Below the pieces are notes generated by a model. The model worked only from the letters and a program-made list of their open reading frames with translations, was not told where the DNA came from and made no database searches. A program made the position numbers and the translations under genes. A stretch of 33,939 nt of DNA from positions 1 to 33,939 of the forward strand of contig CABSMK010000001.1 of assembly GCA_902478825.1 (NCBI GenBank), given 5' to 3'. Source of the DNA: an uncultured Collinsella sp. Its GTDB lineage: Bacteria; Actinomycetota; Coriobacteriia; Coriobacteriales; Coriobacteriaceae. Of the stretch, positions 17,607 to 26,185 are shown piece after piece (within the stretch, counting starts at the first letter, position 1; the number at the start of each line of letters is the position of its first letter).

Positions 17607-19330
17607 TGAGATTTATGAGGCCGTACCGCGGTCTGATTGCGGTGACGCTGTTTGCGGTGCTGATAGATAACGTCGGTACGCTGTTGGTTCCCACGATGCT
17701 GGCGAACATGGTCAACACCGGTATTGCCACGGGCGATGTCGACTATATATTACGCAACGGCCTGTACATGCTTATCGCGACCGGCATGGCCAGCGGCGGC
17801 ACGGTGCTGGGCTGCTATCTTTCAGCGCGCCTGGCCGCCAACGTGGCCTGCGATATCCGCAATGCCGTGTACGACAAGTCGCTCGAGCTGTCCGCCAGCG
17901 ACTTTGAGCGCTTTGGCACGGGTTCGATGATCACACGCTCGCTCAACGACATCAACGTGATTCAGCAAGCTGTCCTTCAGACGATTCAGCTGGTGTTGCC
18001 GGTGCCATTCTTGGCCGTGGCAGGCATCATTTTTGCTTGGTTCATCGATCCCGCCATGGGCACGCTGCTGGGCGTGGTGGTTGCGATCGTGCTGGTGGCG
18101 GCGGTCTTTACGGTGGCTAACGCCGCGCCGATTTTTATGCGCCTGCAGAGCTTTATCGACCGCATGAACGTGGTGCTGCGCGAGAACATCGTGGGCGTGC
18201 GCGTCATCCGCGCATTTAACAAGGAGCGCCACGAGGAGCAGCGCCTGGACGAGGTGTTTAGCGATTACGCGGCCAACGCCATCAAGGTCAACCACCTGTT
18301 TGTGGGTCTCGACAGTTCCAGCTTCTTTTTGATGAATATCGCCGAGGTGGCGGTGCTGTGGGTGGGCGGCAACCGCGTGGGCGTCCACGCCATGCAAATC
18401 GGCAGCATCTCGGCCGTGTTGGAATACGCGATCCTGATCCTTTTCTTTGTGATGATGGCGCAGATGGTGATTCTGACGCTCCCGCGCGCTGCGGCGTGTC
18501 TCAACCGTGCGCAACAGGTGCTCGAAATCGAGCCGAGCATCGTGGACGGCAAGCGCACGCTAGATACGTGCGCGGCGGAGCCTGTTGACGGTACCGATGC
18601 GGTTGCCGTGTTCGACCATATGTCGTTCCGTTTTGACGATGCCGACGAGGACACTCTGTGCAACCTGAGTTTTGCCTGCCGCCGCGGACAGACGACCGCG
18701 ATCGTGGGCTCAACGGGCTCGGGCAAGTCAACGGTGGCCAAGCTCCTGCTTCGCTTCCACGATGCAACGAAGGGCGCCATTCGCCTGAACGGCATCGATC
18801 TGCACGACCTTTCGCAAGATGAGATCCGTGGACACATCGCCTATGTGCCGCAGAAGGCGTGGCTGTTCTCGGGCACCGTTGCAAGCAACCTGCGCTTTGG
18901 CAACGAAGGCGCGACTGAGGCTGACATGCTCCATGCGCTGGAGGTTGCCCAGAGCACCTTTGTGCTCGACCAGCCCCAGGGGCTCGATACGCCGGTGGCC
19001 CAGGGCGGCACGAACTTCTCGGGCGGCCAGCGCCAGCGCCTGGCCATTGCTCGCGCACTCATGAAGCGCGCCGATCTATATATCTTCGACGATAGTTTTT
19101 CGGCCCTGGACTTTAAGACTGATGCCGCCCTGCGCCATGCGTTACAAGATGAGACACGTGACGCAGCGGTGCTCATCATCGCGCAGCGCATCTCGACGAT
19201 TTTGCACGCCGACCAGATTGTCGTGCTCAAGGACGGCGAGGTTGTGGGCTTGGGCACGCACGAGGAGCTTATGGAAACCTGCGAGGTGTACCGCGCCATC
19301 GCGGAATCGCAAATGAAGGGAGGTGAGTAG
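17594..19330 (+). CDS. Heterodimeric ABC exporter, TMD-NBD subunit 1
   Basis: 6 TM plus GSTGSGKST, FSGGQRQR, degenerate Walker B FDDSFSALD. Confidence 0.94.
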   Translation: MRLLMRFMRPYRGLIAVTLFAVLIDNVGTLLVPTMLANMVNTGIATGDVDYILRNGLYMLIATGMASGGTVLGCYLSARLAANVACDIRNAVYDKSLELSASDFERFGTGSMITRSLNDINVIQQAVLQTIQLVLPVPFLAVAGIIFAWFIDPAMGTLLGVVVAIVLVAAVFTVANAAPIFMRLQSFIDRMNVVLRENIVGVRVIRAFNKERHEEQRLDEVFSDYAANAIKVNHLFVGLDSSSFFLMNIAEVAVLWVGGNRVGVHAMQIGSISAVLEYAILILFFVMMAQMVILTLPRAAACLNRAQQVLEIEPSIVDGKRTLDTCAAEPVDGTDAVAVFDHMSFRFDDADEDTLCNLSFACRRGQTTAIVGSTGSGKSTVAKLLLRFHDATKGAIRLNGIDLHDLSQDEIRGHIAYVPQKAWLFSGTVASNLRFGNEGATEADMLHALEVAQSTFVLDQPQGLDTPVAQGGTNFSGGQRQRLAIARALMKRADLYIFDDSFSALDFKTDAALRHALQDETRDAAVLIIAQRISTILHADQIVVLKDGEVVGLGTHEELMETCEVYRAIAESQMKGGE

Positions 19331-21338
19331 CATGGCCGAGGAGCTCAAGAAGCAGAGCGGCGGTGATGGCGCCGTTGCCGCGGGGCTGGTCGAGGAAACG
19401 GCTGCCGTGGCACCCGAGCTGGATGACGCCGCCAAGGCTGCAGCCGAGCGCGAGGCTCGCCGCCAAGCGCTCTACGAGGAAAACGAGCTCGCCGAGGACG
19501 AGCGCGCCCGCGCTGAGGCAGAGCGCATGCGCGATGTGGACGACGAGGACGAGGACGAGAAACCCCGCGACACCTGGGCGACGGTGCGCCGCCTGTGGAG
19601 CGAGGCTGCCGGCGACCATTGGCGCTTCTATATCGTGTTCGCGAGTATTGTGTTCTATGCCATCTTTAACACCGCTGCGCCGGCATATAGCGCCCGCGTG
19701 ATCGATGAGCTGTGGGGCCACATTCAGGTGGCGTTTGCCAACGACACCACCTTCAACATCACCTGGGAGAACTGCGGCAGGACCATCTTCATCTACTTTA
19801 TGATCTGGACGGCCGCTGCCTCGTTCTACGCACTCCAGAGCTTTTTGATGTCGAGCGTGGCCGAACGCCTCAACCTGCTCCTACGCAACCGCATCGCACA
19901 AAAGCTCAACCGTCTGCCGCTTGCCTTCTTTGACGCGCATCGTCCCGGTGAGGTCGTCAGCCGTGCGACCAACGACTTGGACAAGATGTCCGAGAGCATG
20001 CAGCGCGGCTTGCTGCAGCTTCTGGTGTCGATCGGTACCGTGGTGGGCGCCGTGAGCGTGATGTTCGTGTTTAGCGTGCCGCTCACGCTCGTCTTTTTGT
20101 TCTTTACGGCGTTGTCGCTGTTGGTGACCAAGGTGGTCTCGCGCCGCACGCATGACGTAACCGGTGAGCGCCAGGAGTGGGTGTCAAGGATTACGAGCGC
20201 GGTTGAGGAAGGCTACTCGGGCCGTCTGGTGATTCGCGCGTTTAACCGCGAGCGCCAAAGTTCTGCCGAGGTACACCAGGCCTCGGGCGAGCTGGCACGC
20301 GTGAGTGCCAAGGCCGACTTCATGATTAACGCCGTCGGCCCCGCGGTGCGCTTTATCGGCCGCCTGGCACAGATCGTGATTGCGATTGTGGGCTGCAGTA
20401 TGCTGGTTGCCGGCCACATGACCGTCGGCGTGTTCCAGGCGTTCTTCCAGTTTATCTACGAGGCATCTGAGCCCATGACGCAGCTGTCGTTTACCTTCAA
20501 TTCGCTGCAGAGCGCGCTGGCGAGTGCGGAGCGCGTGTTCGACCTGCTCGATGAACCCGAGATGGAGGCGGATCCGCAGCCGGGCGAGGCCGCCAGGCTG
20601 CCGGGTCGCGTTGAGGGCCGTGTCGCTTTTGAGCATGTACGCTTTGGCTACGCGCCCGACAAGCCGCTCATGCGCGACGTGTCGTTTACCGCCGAGCCGG
20701 GCCAGAAGATCGCCGTGGTGGGAACCACGGGCGCGGGCAAAACCACGCTCATCAACCTGCTCATGCGCTTCTACGAGATTGACGGCGGGCGCATTACGCT
20801 CGACGGCGTGGACACGAGCCGCATGGATCGTGGCGAGCTGCGCCAGCAGTTTGGCATGGTGTTGCAGGATGCCTGGCTGTTCGACGGAACGATTGCCGAG
20901 AATATCGCCTATGGCTGCCCCGAGGCGACGCGCGAGGAGATCGTGGCGGCCGCACGCGCCGCGCAGGTCGACTTCTTTGTGCGCACCATGCCGCAGGGCT
21001 ATGACACGCGCGTGGCCAACGATGCCGAGAGCATTAGCCAGGGTCAGCGCCAGCTGCTGACCATTGCGCGCGTGCTGCTCAACAACCCGGCGATTCTCAT
21101 CCTGGACGAGGCGACGTCGAGTGTGGACACGCGCACCGAGCTCGCCATCGGCCGCGCCATGGACGCGCTCATGCGTGGGCGTACGAGCTTTGTGATCGCG
21201 CACCGTCTGTCGACGATCGTAGATGCCGACCTGATCTTGGTCATGGATCACGGCAACATTATCGAGCAGGGTACGCATAAGGAGCTGCTGGCTGCCGAGG
21301 GTGCCTACGCCGACCTCTATCTGAGTCAGTTCGCATAA
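19323..21338 (+). CDS. Heterodimeric ABC exporter, TMD-NBD subunit 2
   Basis: GTTGAGKTT, ISQGQRQ, LDEATSSVD, IAHRLSTI; acidic N-terminal extension; start GTG 19323 or ATG 19332. Confidence 0.94.
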   Translation: MSSMAEELKKQSGGDGAVAAGLVEETAAVAPELDDAAKAAAEREARRQALYEENELAEDERARAEAERMRDVDDEDEDEKPRDTWATVRRLWSEAAGDHWRFYIVFASIVFYAIFNTAAPAYSARVIDELWGHIQVAFANDTTFNITWENCGRTIFIYFMIWTAAASFYALQSFLMSSVAERLNLLLRNRIAQKLNRLPLAFFDAHRPGEVVSRATNDLDKMSESMQRGLLQLLVSIGTVVGAVSVMFVFSVPLTLVFLFFTALSLLVTKVVSRRTHDVTGERQEWVSRITSAVEEGYSGRLVIRAFNRERQSSAEVHQASGELARVSAKADFMINAVGPAVRFIGRLAQIVIAIVGCSMLVAGHMTVGVFQAFFQFIYEASEPMTQLSFTFNSLQSALASAERVFDLLDEPEMEADPQPGEAARLPGRVEGRVAFEHVRFGYAPDKPLMRDVSFTAEPGQKIAVVGTTGAGKTTLINLLMRFYEIDGGRITLDGVDTSRMDRGELRQQFGMVLQDAWLFDGTIAENIAYGCPEATREEIVAAARAAQVDFFVRTMPQGYDTRVANDAESISQGQRQLLTIARVLLNNPAILILDEATSSVDTRTELAIGRAMDALMRGRTSFVIAHRLSTIVDADLILVMDHGNIIEQGTHKELLAAEGAYADLYLSQFA

Positions 21339-21368
21339 TGTGACAAAGGGACAGTCCCTTTGTCACAT
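21338..21368 (+). repeat. Short GGGAC-type REP-like palindrome
   Basis: ATGTGACAA-AGGGACAGTCCCT-TTGTCACAT, directly at the stop codon. Confidence 0.7.
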
Positions 21369-21376
21369 CGCAAATA

Positions 21377-21411
21377 AGGCGCGCCGGGGGTGAATCCTCT
21401 GGCGCGCCTTT
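21377..21411. terminator. Terminator between convergent genes
   Basis: AAGGCGCGCCGGGGG-loop-CCTCTGGCGCGCCTTT. Confidence 0.75.
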
Positions 21412-21446
21412 GCGTTGGCGTCAATGTTGTCGGTGGCCGTCCGGCT

Positions 21447-22151
21447 CTAGCGTTCTTCCACGAGCTTGGCGACGAGGGTTTTGAGCTCGGCCACCTCTCG
21501 CTCGAGTTCCTTGACGCGGCGGGCGTTCTCGGTGATGCCCTGACGGTTGAGCGCGGACTGCTCGGCGGCGGCGTCGGGCATGTACTCGCGATGCTGCTTG
21601 GCATCGAAGCTCTCCTCGAACACGCGGCAGCCGTTGCGCTTGATGATGCGTCCCGGCACGCCCACGACGGTGCAGTTGTCGGGTACGTCCTTGACGACGA
21701 CCGAATTGCCGCCGATTTTGACGTTGTTGCCGATGCGAATGTTGCCGAGCACTTTAGCGCCTGTGCCCACGGTGACGTTGTTGCCCAGGGTGGGGTGGCG
21801 CTTGCCGGTCTCGTTGCCGGTGCCGCCAAGCGTGACGCCCTGGTAGAGCACGCAGTTGTCGCCCACAATGGTGGTTTCGCCGATGACGACGCCCATGGCG
21901 TGGTCGATAAAGAAATGCTTGCCGATCTGTGCAGCGGGATGAATTTCGACGCCGGTAATGTGGCGGGTGATTTGCGAGAGCACACGGGCGAGCGAGCGAT
22001 GGCCATGCTCCCAGAGCCAGTGCTCTGGCACGTGGTTCCACTTGGCGTGCAGGCCGGGATAGGAAAGGAAGATGACCAGACCGTTTTGCGCGGCGGGGTC
22101 CTGCGCCTGGACGGTCTTGATGTCCTCGCGAATGGTATTGATAAAGCTCAC
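21447..22151 (-). CDS. cysE: Serine O-acetyltransferase
   Basis: [34 protein letters not shown] hexapeptide repeats; GTG start behind AAGGGAGG. Confidence 0.95.
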   Translation of the reverse strand: MSFINTIREDIKTVQAQDPAAQNGLVIFLSYPGLHAKWNHVPEHWLWEHGHRSLARVLSQITRHITGVEIHPAAQIGKHFFIDHAMGVVIGETTIVGDNCVLYQGVTLGGTGNETGKRHPTLGNNVTVGTGAKVLGNIRIGNNVKIGGNSVVVKDVPDNCTVVGVPGRIIKRNGCRVFEESFDAKQHREYMPDAAAEQSALNRQGITENARRVKELEREVAELKTLVAKLVEER

Positions 22152-22374
22152 CGACCGCCCTCCCTTAGCGCCATGGCAATGCGATTCAATAAAGTATAGC
22201 GATTCGCTAGGGATTAGGAAGGACAATCTTGGCGGCTTTGCACGACAGGTGTCAGTTATGCAAACTTGCTGGTAATGGAGTCATGCTTTTGTGGGGTTGC
22301 GCACGAGGGGGCACCGCAACCGTATACTGGTCAACTTGGACGTGTCCGCGCCCACAACTGAGAGGTTTTACTTC

Positions 22375-23022
22375 ATGGGTTTCATCAATTTTATCGCCGA
22401 GCTGCTCAAAGACCCGCGCACCGCGATTGCCAGCTGGATCGCCGCCGGCCCGCTTATGGCCTACGGCTGCGTGTTCCTGATTATCTTTATCGAGACAGGC
22501 GTGGTGTTCTTCCCGTTTCTCCCTGGCGATTCGCTGCTGTTTGCTTCGGGCTTCTTTGCCCACAACGGTGGCTTTAACATCGTGGCCCTGCTGGCCACCG
22601 CATGGGCCGCAGCCATCCTGGGCGATCAGTGCAACTTTATGATCGGCCACTTCTTTGGCCGCAAGATCATCGCCTCGGGCAAGGTAAAGGCCATGACGCC
22701 CGAGCGCATCAAAAAGTCCGAGGACTTCTTGGATAAGTGGGGCCACCTGGCCATCTTCCTGGGCCGCTTCTTTCCGTTTATCCGCACCTTTGTGCCCTTT
22801 ATCGCCGGCATGGGCGGCATGCACTGGCGCAACTTCGTTGTCTTTAACGTGCTGGGCGGCATTACCTGGTCGACGGTCTTTACGCTGCTGGGCTACTTCT
22901 TTGGCGGCATTCCCTTTGTGCAGGAGCACTTTGAGCTGCTGATTATCGGCATTGTCGCCGTGTCGATCATCCCGACCGTGGTCGGCTTGGTTAAGGCTAA
23001 GCTGGGCAAAAAGAACGCATAG
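22375..23022 (+). CDS. dedA: DedA/VTT-domain membrane protein
   Basis: FIETG..PFLPGDSLLF, GRFFPFIRTFVPFIAG. Confidence 0.93.
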   Translation: MGFINFIAELLKDPRTAIASWIAAGPLMAYGCVFLIIFIETGVVFFPFLPGDSLLFASGFFAHNGGFNIVALLATAWAAAILGDQCNFMIGHFFGRKIIASGKVKAMTPERIKKSEDFLDKWGHLAIFLGRFFPFIRTFVPFIAGMGGMHWRNFVVFNVLGGITWSTVFTLLGYFFGGIPFVQEHFELLIIGIVAVSIIPTVVGLVKAKLGKKNA

Positions 23023-23051
23023 CTCGAGCCGGCGCACAAATCGTGTCGTTG

Positions 23052-23084
23052 AGGCCCGTCACCGTTTACGGTGGCGGGCCTTTA
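23052..23084 (+). terminator. Terminator after dedA
   Basis: AGGCCCGTCACCG-TTTA-CGGTGGCGGGCCTTT. Confidence 0.8.
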
Positions 23085-23310
23085 TGCTTCGGGCAAATGA
23101 AAATACTTTACTTAGTTAAAGAAAAGCGTTTTATCAGACGCGTACGGGGAGTACAATCTCCTGCATGCGAATCGATGTGCCATGGGCTTTGGTGTTGCCC
23201 GCGTGTCCCGTCCGGCTCTACGCTCCGGGCGTGCGACGTTGCGACGCGGTCGGCCTCGGTCCTTGCGTGCGAGTTCGCGAGTATGCAACTGTGTATGTAA
23301 GGAGCGACAT

Positions 23311-24363
23311 ATGACTGTCGAGAAGAAGGATATCGATTGGGGTAGCCTCGGCTTTGGCTACATGAAGACCGATTACAGCTACGAGGCTCATTGGAAGGAT
23401 GGCGAGTGGGACGAGGGCGGCCTGACCACCGACCACACCCTGCATGTCTCCGAGTGCGGTGGCATCTTCCATTACTGCCAGGAGGTCTTTGAGGGCCTGA
23501 AGGCCTACACCGCCGAGGACGGCAGCATCGTCTGCTTCCGTCCCGACATGAACGCCGAGCGCATGTATAACTCTGCCCAGCGCCTCGAGATGCCCCCGTT
23601 CCCCAAGGATAAGTTTGTTGAGGCCGTCAAGCAGGTCGTTTCTGCCAACGCCGCTTGGGTTCCGCCCTTCGGTTCTGGTGCGACCCTGTACGTGCGTCCG
23701 TTTATGATCGGCTCCGGTGACGTGATCGGCGTGGCTCCCGCTCCTGAGTACACGTTCCGCATTCTCGTGACCCCGGTCGGTCCGTACTTTAAGGGCGGCC
23801 TCAAGCCCGTCAAGCTGCGCGTTTCCGAGTACGACCGCGCCGCACCGCACGGCACCGGCAATATCAAGGCCGGCCTGAACTACGCCATGTCCCTCAAGCC
23901 CACGATGGAGGCCCATCGCGAGGGTTATGCCGAGAACCTGTATCTCGACTCCGAGTCCCGCACCTATGTCGAGGAGACCGGTGGCGCGAACGTTCTGTTC
24001 GTGAAGGAGGACGGCACGCTCGTCGTTCCGCAGTCTCACACCGACTCCATCCTGCCCTCCATCACCCGTCGCTCGCTCGTTCAGGTCGCTGAGGACCTGG
24101 GCATGACCGTCGACCAGCGTCCCGTCGAGTGGGCTGAGGTCAAGGCCGGCACCTTTGTGGAGTGCGGCCTGTGCGGCACCGCTGCCGTCATCTCTCCGGT
24201 GGGCGAGATCGACAACAAGGTCTACGGTGCCGATGAGACCGTGACCTTCCCGGCTGGCTACACCGAGATCGGCCCCGTGATGAAGAAGCTTCGCGAGACC
24301 CTGACCGGTATCCAGTCCGGTGCTGTCGAGGACAAGCACAACTGGGTTTACACCGTCGCGTAA
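23311..24363 (+). CDS. ilvE: Branched-chain amino acid aminotransferase
   Basis: HYCQEVFEGLKAY, FRPDMN..R, LYVRPF, K.GLNY, ILPSITR, CGTAAVISPV; AAGGAG RBS. Confidence 0.96.
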   Translation: MTVEKKDIDWGSLGFGYMKTDYSYEAHWKDGEWDEGGLTTDHTLHVSECGGIFHYCQEVFEGLKAYTAEDGSIVCFRPDMNAERMYNSAQRLEMPPFPKDKFVEAVKQVVSANAAWVPPFGSGATLYVRPFMIGSGDVIGVAPAPEYTFRILVTPVGPYFKGGLKPVKLRVSEYDRAAPHGTGNIKAGLNYAMSLKPTMEAHREGYAENLYLDSESRTYVEETGGANVLFVKEDGTLVVPQSHTDSILPSITRRSLVQVAEDLGMTVDQRPVEWAEVKAGTFVECGLCGTAAVISPVGEIDNKVYGADETVTFPAGYTEIGPVMKKLRETLTGIQSGAVEDKHNWVYTVA

Positions 24364-24393
24364 TTTGCCTTACAGCTCTTGGCGAGCACGTCC

Positions 24394-24518
24394 GGGCAGA
24401 GAGCAAGTTCCCTCCCAGCGCGTCCTCGGACATGCAAGAAGTCCTCGCTGCGCACTTCGTGCGGCGAGGGCTTCTTGCGTCCTGCGGAGTGCGCTGGGAG
24501 GGAACTTGCTCTCTGCCC
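24394..24518 (+). repeat. 125-bp palindromic element downstream of ilvE
   Basis: Perfect 28-bp outer arms (24394-24421 / 24491-24518) and a long inner stem. Confidence 0.9.
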
Positions 24519-24693
24519 TGCGGCTCGGCGCTGTCGCGACGGGGGATTACTTGGCTGAATTAAAGATGGTGCGGGCCTTTTTGGCCGCGCTTTTTGTTTT
24601 GCCGCGCATTTTATTTGGAGAAAAGAAAGGGCCCGAGGAGAATGCCCCGGACCCCAATAGGCCAATATGCTGGCGGAAAACTCGATTGTGTTC

Positions 24694-25245
24694 CTAGAAC
24701 TTGACGGTCGGTGCCTGGCGGGCAGCTTCGGCGGCCTCGAAGCCCTGGCGCTCCTTAAACTGGAAGATGCCGGCAAAGATAACAGCCGGGAACGTCTGAA
24801 TGGCGTTGTTGTAGCTGAGCACGCAGTCGTTGTAGCTCTGGCGCGCGTAGCTCACCTTGTTCTCGGTGTCCTCGAGTGTGGACTGGAGCTGCGTAAAGTT
24901 GGTGTTCGCCTTAAGGTCGGGGTAGGCCTCGGCGACGGCAAAGAGCTGGCGCAGCGCACCGGTCAGCACGTTGTCCGCTTCCATCTTGGCCTCGGGGGTG
25001 GTGGCGCTCACGGCGGCGTTGCGTGCGTTGACTACGGCGGCGAGCGTGTCCTGCTCGTGCTTGGCGTAGCCCTTGACGGTCTCGACCAGGTTAGGGATCA
25101 GGTCGTTGCGGCGCTGCAGCTGCGTGTCGATGTTCTGCCAAGCGTTATCGATGCGATTGCGCTTGGTGACCATGTTGTTGTAGATGCCGGCGATGGCACA
25201 GGCAATCACAACGAGAACAACGATACCGATGATGACGGGAAGCAT
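24694..25245 (-). CDS. lemA: LemA family protein
   Basis: N-terminal TM, QLQRRNDLIPNLVETVKGYAKHE, EAYPDLKAN, ARQSYN. Confidence 0.95.
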   Translation of the reverse strand: MLPVIIGIVVLVVIACAIAGIYNNMVTKRNRIDNAWQNIDTQLQRRNDLIPNLVETVKGYAKHEQDTLAAVVNARNAAVSATTPEAKMEADNVLTGALRQLFAVAEAYPDLKANTNFTQLQSTLEDTENKVSYARQSYNDCVLSYNNAIQTFPAVIFAGIFQFKERQGFEAAEAARQAPTVKF

Positions 25246-25456
25246 GATGTCTCCGTTTCGAATGGCAGCGGCGTCTTGCGCCGGCCGTTGTTGGTATAAC
25301 ACATCTAGTATACCCGCAACCTTTGGCGGTGCCGAACTTTCCGGTAAGCGTTATGTTTCAACCGGGAAGGAGGCACCAATATGGAACGGGTGGTACAGGT
25401 GTAAGATATGCGACAAATTAAGGAATGCTGTCTACGCCTTGAGGATGGCGATACGG

Positions 25457-26041
25457 ATGGACCTTCGCATCAAGAAAACCTATCGTGCCCTGTTCGATGC
25501 CTTTACCGAGCTATTGGAAGAGCATCGGTTTGAGGATTTGACGGTTGCTATGCTTTGCGACCGTGCCCTGATTCGCCGCACGACGTTCTATAAGCATTTT
25601 CGCGATAAAAACGATTACTTTGCCTTCTATATCGATGAGCTTATGACGGGCTTGCCGCAAAACCGGACCGATGCAGCGGACGCGGAGCCGCTTGATGACG
25701 TACGGGCGCTTCGCCATGAGGTCTTTGACGATGCCATGAATATGATTCTGGCGCATGAGCAGCTCATGGATAACCTTTTGGCCAGCAGCATGTCGGGCAT
25801 GCTGACCGGCATGATTTGCGACCGCATTGCGCGTTCCATCCGCGAGCGTGTGATGAGCTCGCTTGCCGAAGATGCCCTGGCGCCCGTTTCGCTCGAGACG
25901 ACATCGGAGTTTATCGCCGGTGGCATTATTCGACTGTTCACAAATTGGTGGGAGTCGGGTCACGATCTCGAGCGTCGACCCGAGATAGCCGACGTGGTCG
26001 ATGCGCTGTTTGAGCGCACCATGACGCCGGTGCATCACTAG
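25457..26041 (+). CDS. TetR/AcrR-family regulator
   Basis: MDLRIKKT..LTVAMLCDRALIRRTTFYKHFRDK; start 25445 or 25457. Confidence 0.92.
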   Translation: MDLRIKKTYRALFDAFTELLEEHRFEDLTVAMLCDRALIRRTTFYKHFRDKNDYFAFYIDELMTGLPQNRTDAADAEPLDDVRALRHEVFDDAMNMILAHEQLMDNLLASSMSGMLTGMICDRIARSIRERVMSSLAEDALAPVSLETTSEFIAGGIIRLFTNWWESGHDLERRPEIADVVDALFERTMTPVHH

Positions 26042-26044
26042 AAG

Positions 26045-26134
26045 TGGCGGAGAGAGGGGGATTCGAACCCCCGGAACGCTCTCGCGCTCAACGGTTTTCA
26101 AGACCGCCGCATTCAACCGCTCTGCCATCTCTCC
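26045..26134 (-). tRNA. tRNA-Ser (anticodon UGA)
   Basis: GGAGAGATGGCAGAGCGGTTGAATGCGGCGGTC-TTGAAA-ACCG, long variable arm, GGTTCGAATCC, encoded CCA; 90 nt. Confidence 0.97.
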
Positions 26135-26185
26135 GTGAGTCGTAATGATAGCATCGTTTTGAATTTGCAACAGGGAAGGCGAACG

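Noticed and set aside
26045..26134. Selenocysteine tRNA or integration site
   Set aside because: The anticodon reads UGA (Ser), not UCA; no integrase or duplicated tRNA 3' end is seen.
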